Source of the DNA: Longimicrobiales bacterium
GTDB taxonomy: Bacteria > Gemmatimonadota > Gemmatimonadetes > Longimicrobiales > Gaopeijiaceae
DNA: 64,000 nt
Assembly: GCA_963664435.2 (NCBI GenBank)
Contig: CAXXKM010000003.1
Span: 480,001-544,000 of the forward strand
Direction of reading: 5' to 3'
Shown: in pieces, positions 60,189 through 64,000 of the stretch
How the letters are laid out: each line of letters starts with the position of its first letter
Position numbering within the stretch: the first letter of the stretch is position 1
Notes under the pieces: generated by a model
The model's input: only the letters and a program-made list of their open reading frames with translations
Told to the model about the DNA's origin: nothing
Database searches by the model: none
Translations under genes and position numbers: made by a program

Positions 60189-60422
60189 GGGCGTGGAGCG
60201 GATGAGATGCAGAAGGATCTGGATGCCTATCTTGAGACCTACAACCGACGGCGTCTGCACCAGAACCGCGGCATGAAGGGGAGGACGCCTTACGTGGTCT
60301 TCAAGGCCGGGATCGCCCGGAAGCGCACACGCAAGTCCTCAAGCCGGCAAGGAGGTGACGAAAGCAGCGTAGGACCTGACCTCGGTGAGGTCGGGTGTCA
60401 GGTGATTACCGTGCGGAGTACC
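60189..60422 (+). mobile_element. Truncated IS481-like transposase 3' end
   Basis: EMQKDLDAYL..YN..R.HQ.R.M.GRTPY..F..G, followed by TGTCAGGTGATTAC. Confidence 0.65.
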
Positions 60423-60834
60423 CGAGCCGCCAAATGACGGCATGAGATCTACTAAGTTCAACGAGGACTGCATGATCTGCGTTTTTGCCGTTAGGCCGGA
60501 GCGGCTTCTACCGTGCGCGAATTGCGGGAAACTCGCCATCGAATGGCGGGAACCCGCGCACTCGAACTCTATTACCCAGTAGAGTTCTTCGAAACAACCC
60601 TTGCACCTGGTCACTCCCAACAAGCCCGCGGACTGCGCTGGCGCGCAGCGCTGCGCAATATCCTCCCTCGCCCAGGTCACGGCGTGGAGCCCACCAGGCA
60701 GCCTTACAGCCGATATTCGACCCACCGTGGCCGCACGGTGTTGACCGATCGACTTCTCGGTGCGACGATCGCACGCATGCATGGACGATTGCGGCTTCGC
60801 CATGCGTTAACCATTCCACTTATGCGACACTACA

Positions 60835-61731
60835 CTAGTCCAATACCGTAAACATGCGCTCGCCCCATTCCAGATAATCAGAATTCTGATCCTCTGAGAG
60901 GTAACGCTCTACCATTCTTTTTGTTGATGCCATCAGAAAAGCTCCAAAGCGGGCATACATAAGAGGGTCTTTGTGCGAAGATGGCACATGCCTGATCGGA
61001 AATACCTCTGTTGGATTCGGGAATTTCGCGAACGTCTCCGCCATGGTCGTCGTGCCATGAACTGATGCTGAAAAAATGCGATAGGTTTCATACACATCGG
61101 CATCCGGATTGTATTCGTCGAGCACCTTGTCGAGCAGTTCCTTGACGTTCATGGGCCCGCCGAACAGAGAATACCACGGCGGGCGAGCCTTCGCCGGCCT
61201 AGAGCGGTTGCGACGTACCTGAGCTTCTTCATATCTCGGCTGTATTGACTTCAACGGTGCTTCCGCAAGTTGTTGTTCATACGCCTGCCGAAGTGTTGAG
61301 GCGGTAGTCGGATCGATAAGACCCATGTTTTCGCGTCGTCGCACGCTATCAATGACCTCGCGAGTCGTAACGTAGAGCCACGCCAGCGCCTTTCCACGCT
61401 GGTTTTCGCCATTCAACAAGTACATAAGCCCGGCGTTCGCCTCAAGTGCGCTCCGCATCATCGGCGCGGAAGCGTCTACGCACACATGAGACAACAGAGA
61501 TTCAACGGCATCGGCCAAGACAATGCTGTGGCGGAATAGATGCAGGGCGATGAAATGGGGAAGGGTGTCGGCAGCGTCTAGATCGTCCACGGCGTGGACA
61601 CAACGATCGAATTCGTGAACACTGCGGTTGAGTATCTCGCGGAGCGGCTGACACACGTTAGAAACGTAGGCGGCGTGGTCGACCACTGCACGTTCGCGCT
61701 CAAGTAGGGGATGTTCGGGAGTGGTGAACAT
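60835..61731 (-). CDS. DUF5677-like (HEPN-like) helical protein
   Basis: A..MMRSALE....MYL, PWY, Y.TYR.FS..VH; all-alpha; lower GC. Confidence 0.6.
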   Translation of the reverse strand: MFTTPEHPLLERERAVVDHAAYVSNVCQPLREILNRSVHEFDRCVHAVDDLDAADTLPHFIALHLFRHSIVLADAVESLLSHVCVDASAPMMRSALEANAGLMYLLNGENQRGKALAWLYVTTREVIDSVRRRENMGLIDPTTASTLRQAYEQQLAEAPLKSIQPRYEEAQVRRNRSRPAKARPPWYSLFGGPMNVKELLDKVLDEYNPDADVYETYRIFSASVHGTTTMAETFAKFPNPTEVFPIRHVPSSHKDPLMYARFGAFLMASTKRMVERYLSEDQNSDYLEWGERMFTVLD

Positions 61732-61809
61732 GAGTGCAGACCTTGTCGAGGGGAGTCACTCTGTCGGACGGCGTCATGCTGGCCGCAATCTCAGCTTCCT
61801 GAGCGGACG

Positions 61810-61995
61810 GGTCGGCAGCGAGACGCCGATCTTGTGAGGGAGGGTCCGGCGCGACAAACCACCGGCCGAACCCAGGACGATCCGGAAACGCTCCACGCGT
61901 TACTGCGGGGTCGTGCGTACTCGAAACCCATCCCTCAAGCTCCTTGCGGTCCCCAGGTCGCAATCGCATCCTTCCAACCGTCTTAACCTGGCCAT
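61810..61995 (-). pseudogene. Decayed IS630-family transposase N-terminus
   Basis: Frameshifted reading LRPGDRKELEGWV / RVRTTPQ*RVERFRIVLGSAGGLSRR..HKIGVSLPT resembles the IS630 HTH start; contains an in-frame stop and frameshifts. Confidence 0.6.
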
Positions 61996-62154
61996 GCACG
62001 CAAGATAACGCCGCTTCACGCCATGCGCATGACACCTTAGTGCCGATACAACTACGCAGATCGATACCCGGCCTGCCGTGCTTGAATGGAGGGAAAACCG
62101 GGTCGATTCGCGGAACCTTGCGGGACCGTATACGCTGCCCTTCCCCATGGGTAA

Positions 62155-62316
62155 GGGTGCGACTGTATGAATGAGTCCGTGCCCACCAACCGACGAGACT
62201 GGCCGTGGGAGTTCCGAGACCGTCGAGCCGCGCGGAGGTCGGCGGGGCCAGTTCGCTCAGCCCAGTTGACCACTGCCGCCGTGCTGGTTGACCGGCTGGC
62301 GCATCGTCGAGCTTGA
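62155..62316 (+). pseudogene. Possible IS21 IstB C-terminal remnant
   Basis: Broken reading RLYE* ..VPTN.. W.. QLTTAAVLVDRLAHR resembles IstB RYE..TTN..W...TTA.LDRL.H. Confidence 0.35.
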
Positions 62317-62449
62317 GCAGAGATGTCTGAAGCGGGGCGGGGTCCGGCCAGCGGTTCGCGGCGGCGCTGAGTTTGACGCGAATGCCGGGGAAGCTCGCAG
62401 CCTCGCAGCCTAGACCAGACCCTCCGTTACCCCCCGGACGGTCGGGCGA

Positions 62450-64000
62450 TTATCCGGCATAGGGAATCCGGGATTCCCGTACCGTGACGTTCAATCGTCG
62501 CGCTTCAGGTCCGGTGAATGGGTTATCCCCCACGCATGGACCTAACACTACATCAACCGGATACACATCCCGTCCCAGCTCAATATACTCGCCACGGTTC
62601 GATGCGTCTCTCTTGATTCCCGGGTCTTTAGGCCACACGGTTACGACGATACGAGCTTCTCTCTCATATTCAAACTGCCGAGACTTGAACAGATATCGAA
62701 TCTCCTCCAGGAGAACCTTTACGCAGTTCGACAAGGCCGTCTTTTCTTCGTTCGACGAAACAGCATGCTGGAGCTCGGTTATGTGATACAGCGCTGGTCG
62801 AATCGTATCAACTAATCCTTGGGCATCGGCACCGTCGTATGCGACCTTGTAGAGCCGCGGCGTCAGCGCCTGCCATCGCGGAACATATTTCGTGATGGCA
62901 GGTGCGGCAAAAAGCCCTTCTGCGTGATACACCGATGCGGTTTCATGTGTGTTCGCCGTCTGTGAGAACACCGTACACGGGTACACCAAACACGCACCGG
63001 TTGCTTCGATTCCATCGGTTCTTCCGTATAGTCTCCAGTGTAATAGGTGGTCGTCAGCCGGTGCAGGCTCATTGGATCGGCCTTCGGGTCTGACAACAAA
63101 ACTCCCAATATACGCAGTCGGCAATCCGTGCTCGTCGTCACTGTCGAGAAACCCCTCCGCGATCTCTTCGCCGATTACGCTTCGAAGAATGGAACCTTCA
63201 GATGGATCATTCATTCTGTCGGCCCTGTGAACACGAAAGGGAGACATGTCCAGAACGAGCGCCTGCGAAGTTCCGAGTGACGTGTAATGGACCGCTGCAT
63301 CACGACTGTTGCAACATAGATGCTGTTTCACTTCGAGAACAGCTTGTCGGAGTGCACACAATGCTCGGAAAACCTCGGGTCTCCCTTCAACCTTGGGATA
63401 GCGTTCACAGAAAAAAGCGGCGAACGGGGTTTTGGTACGGCAATAGGCGATCGCGGACCTAGTGTCAGGTAACTTGTACATCTTGTCGAACCATGCCAAT
63501 GCTTCAACTGGGTCCTTCTTGTCGTCCAGGTACACCTCCGCCAGCGCATGGCAAGCGTCGACGTTTTCCTCGTGTGCGTCCAACGCAGCGACATAGGATT
63601 CTATCGCGTCACGTACTTCTCCAGCTTGGCGATGGGCATTCCCCTTCCAGAAGAGCGCATCGGCATTTGGTTGCGATGAGATTGCTGCGGTGAAACAACC
63701 GATGGCCTCTCTGGTCTTTCCCATCGCCAGCAGTGCTCGACCTAGACTGACTCTAACGTGCCAAGCTCCTCCCAAAGCGATGGCCTGACGGTAGTGGAAT
63801 ACACTGTTCTTGTGATCCTTCAACATGCCGTAGACGGTTCCGATTGCGTCGTGAACGTCCGCATGAGGTCTTATCGAGAGGCATCCCTTGAAATAGTCTA
63901 AAGCCCTCCGAGGTTCCGAATCGAAGAGATGAAGAAGGCCCAGCTTGTAGTACGCATCGGCTGCACTGCCACGGGAGATGTGCGGTGAAGCGACGGCGGC
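62450..64000 (-). CDS. TPR-repeat protein with C-terminal DUF2971-like domain (5' end outside window)
   Basis: Frame stays open from 63826 to the window edge (AYYKLGLLHL.. TPR). TPR motifs LGRAL..MG...EA..CF and LFWKG. C-terminal HYTS, MNDPSEG, SF, W..YG, G.CL, V.Y, K...F.YE.E.R. Confidence 0.8.
   Translation of the reverse strand, partial: AAVASPHISRGSAADAYYKLGLLHLFDSEPRRALDYFKGCLSIRPHADVHDAIGTVYGMLKDHKNSVFHYRQAIALGGAWHVRVSLGRALLAMGKTREAIGCFTAAISSQPNADALFWKGNAHRQAGEVRDAIESYVAALDAHEENVDACHALAEVYLDDKKDPVEALAWFDKMYKLPDTRSAIAYCRTKTPFAAFFCERYPKVEGRPEVFRALCALRQAVLEVKQHLCCNSRDAAVHYTSLGTSQALVLDMSPFRVHRADRMNDPSEGSILRSVIGEEIAEGFLDSDDEHGLPTAYIGSFVVRPEGRSNEPAPADDHLLHWRLYGRTDGIEATGACLVYPCTVFSQTANTHETASVYHAEGLFAAPAITKYVPRWQALTPRLYKVAYDGADAQGLVDTIRPALYHITELQHAVSSNEEKTALSNCVKVLLEEIRYLFKSRQFEYEREARIVVTVWPKDPGIKRDASNRGEYIELGRDVYPVDVVLGPCVGDNPFTGPEARRLNVTVRESRIPYAG

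Overview
High-GC bacterial chromosomal segment, probably Gemmatimonadota or a relative. This is an inference from the tmRNA tag ANNHMAMAA, the gene complement and the pilin type. 1-17.1 kb is a minus-strand housekeeping run: gltA, an MBL hydrolase, an L20-leader-like attenuator, infC (ATA start)-rpmI-rplT-pheS-pheT-zapB-like-zapA-rny-folD-xseA-xseB-ispA-dxs-nadK-recN (truncated). 17.3-34 kb encodes mostly exported or envelope proteins: pilin, DUF4399-like lipoprotein, endostatin/lectin-like protein, HupE/UreJ, NHL propeller, DUF5916-like protein, GGT, TPR protein, SDR, M14 peptidase and YncE-like propeller. 34-43.3 kb holds prlC, pncA, pncB, a CNNM protein, glnA, lspA, tmRNA and dusB. 43.5-49.1 kb is an apparent operon of amt, circularly permuted ATP-grasp, alpha-E, transglutaminase and TorF-like porin, with no glnK. 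49.2-57.7 kb is a complete form I aerobic CO dehydrogenase cluster (mocA-xdhC/YHS-coxD-coxE-coxG-coxM-coxS-coxL; AYRCSFR motif) with a tandem palindromic operator. From about 57.7 kb to the end is a lower-GC accessory island: an ABC/AAA_21-type ATPase plus small PIN-like protein pair, a DUF5677/HEPN-like gene, a TPR-DUF2971-like gene running off the window, and several decayed IS fragments. The best candidates for an undescribed system are the ATPase+PIN pair within this putative defence island and the Amt/porin-embedded peptide-ligase module. All family assignments come from motif recognition by eye; no searches were run.
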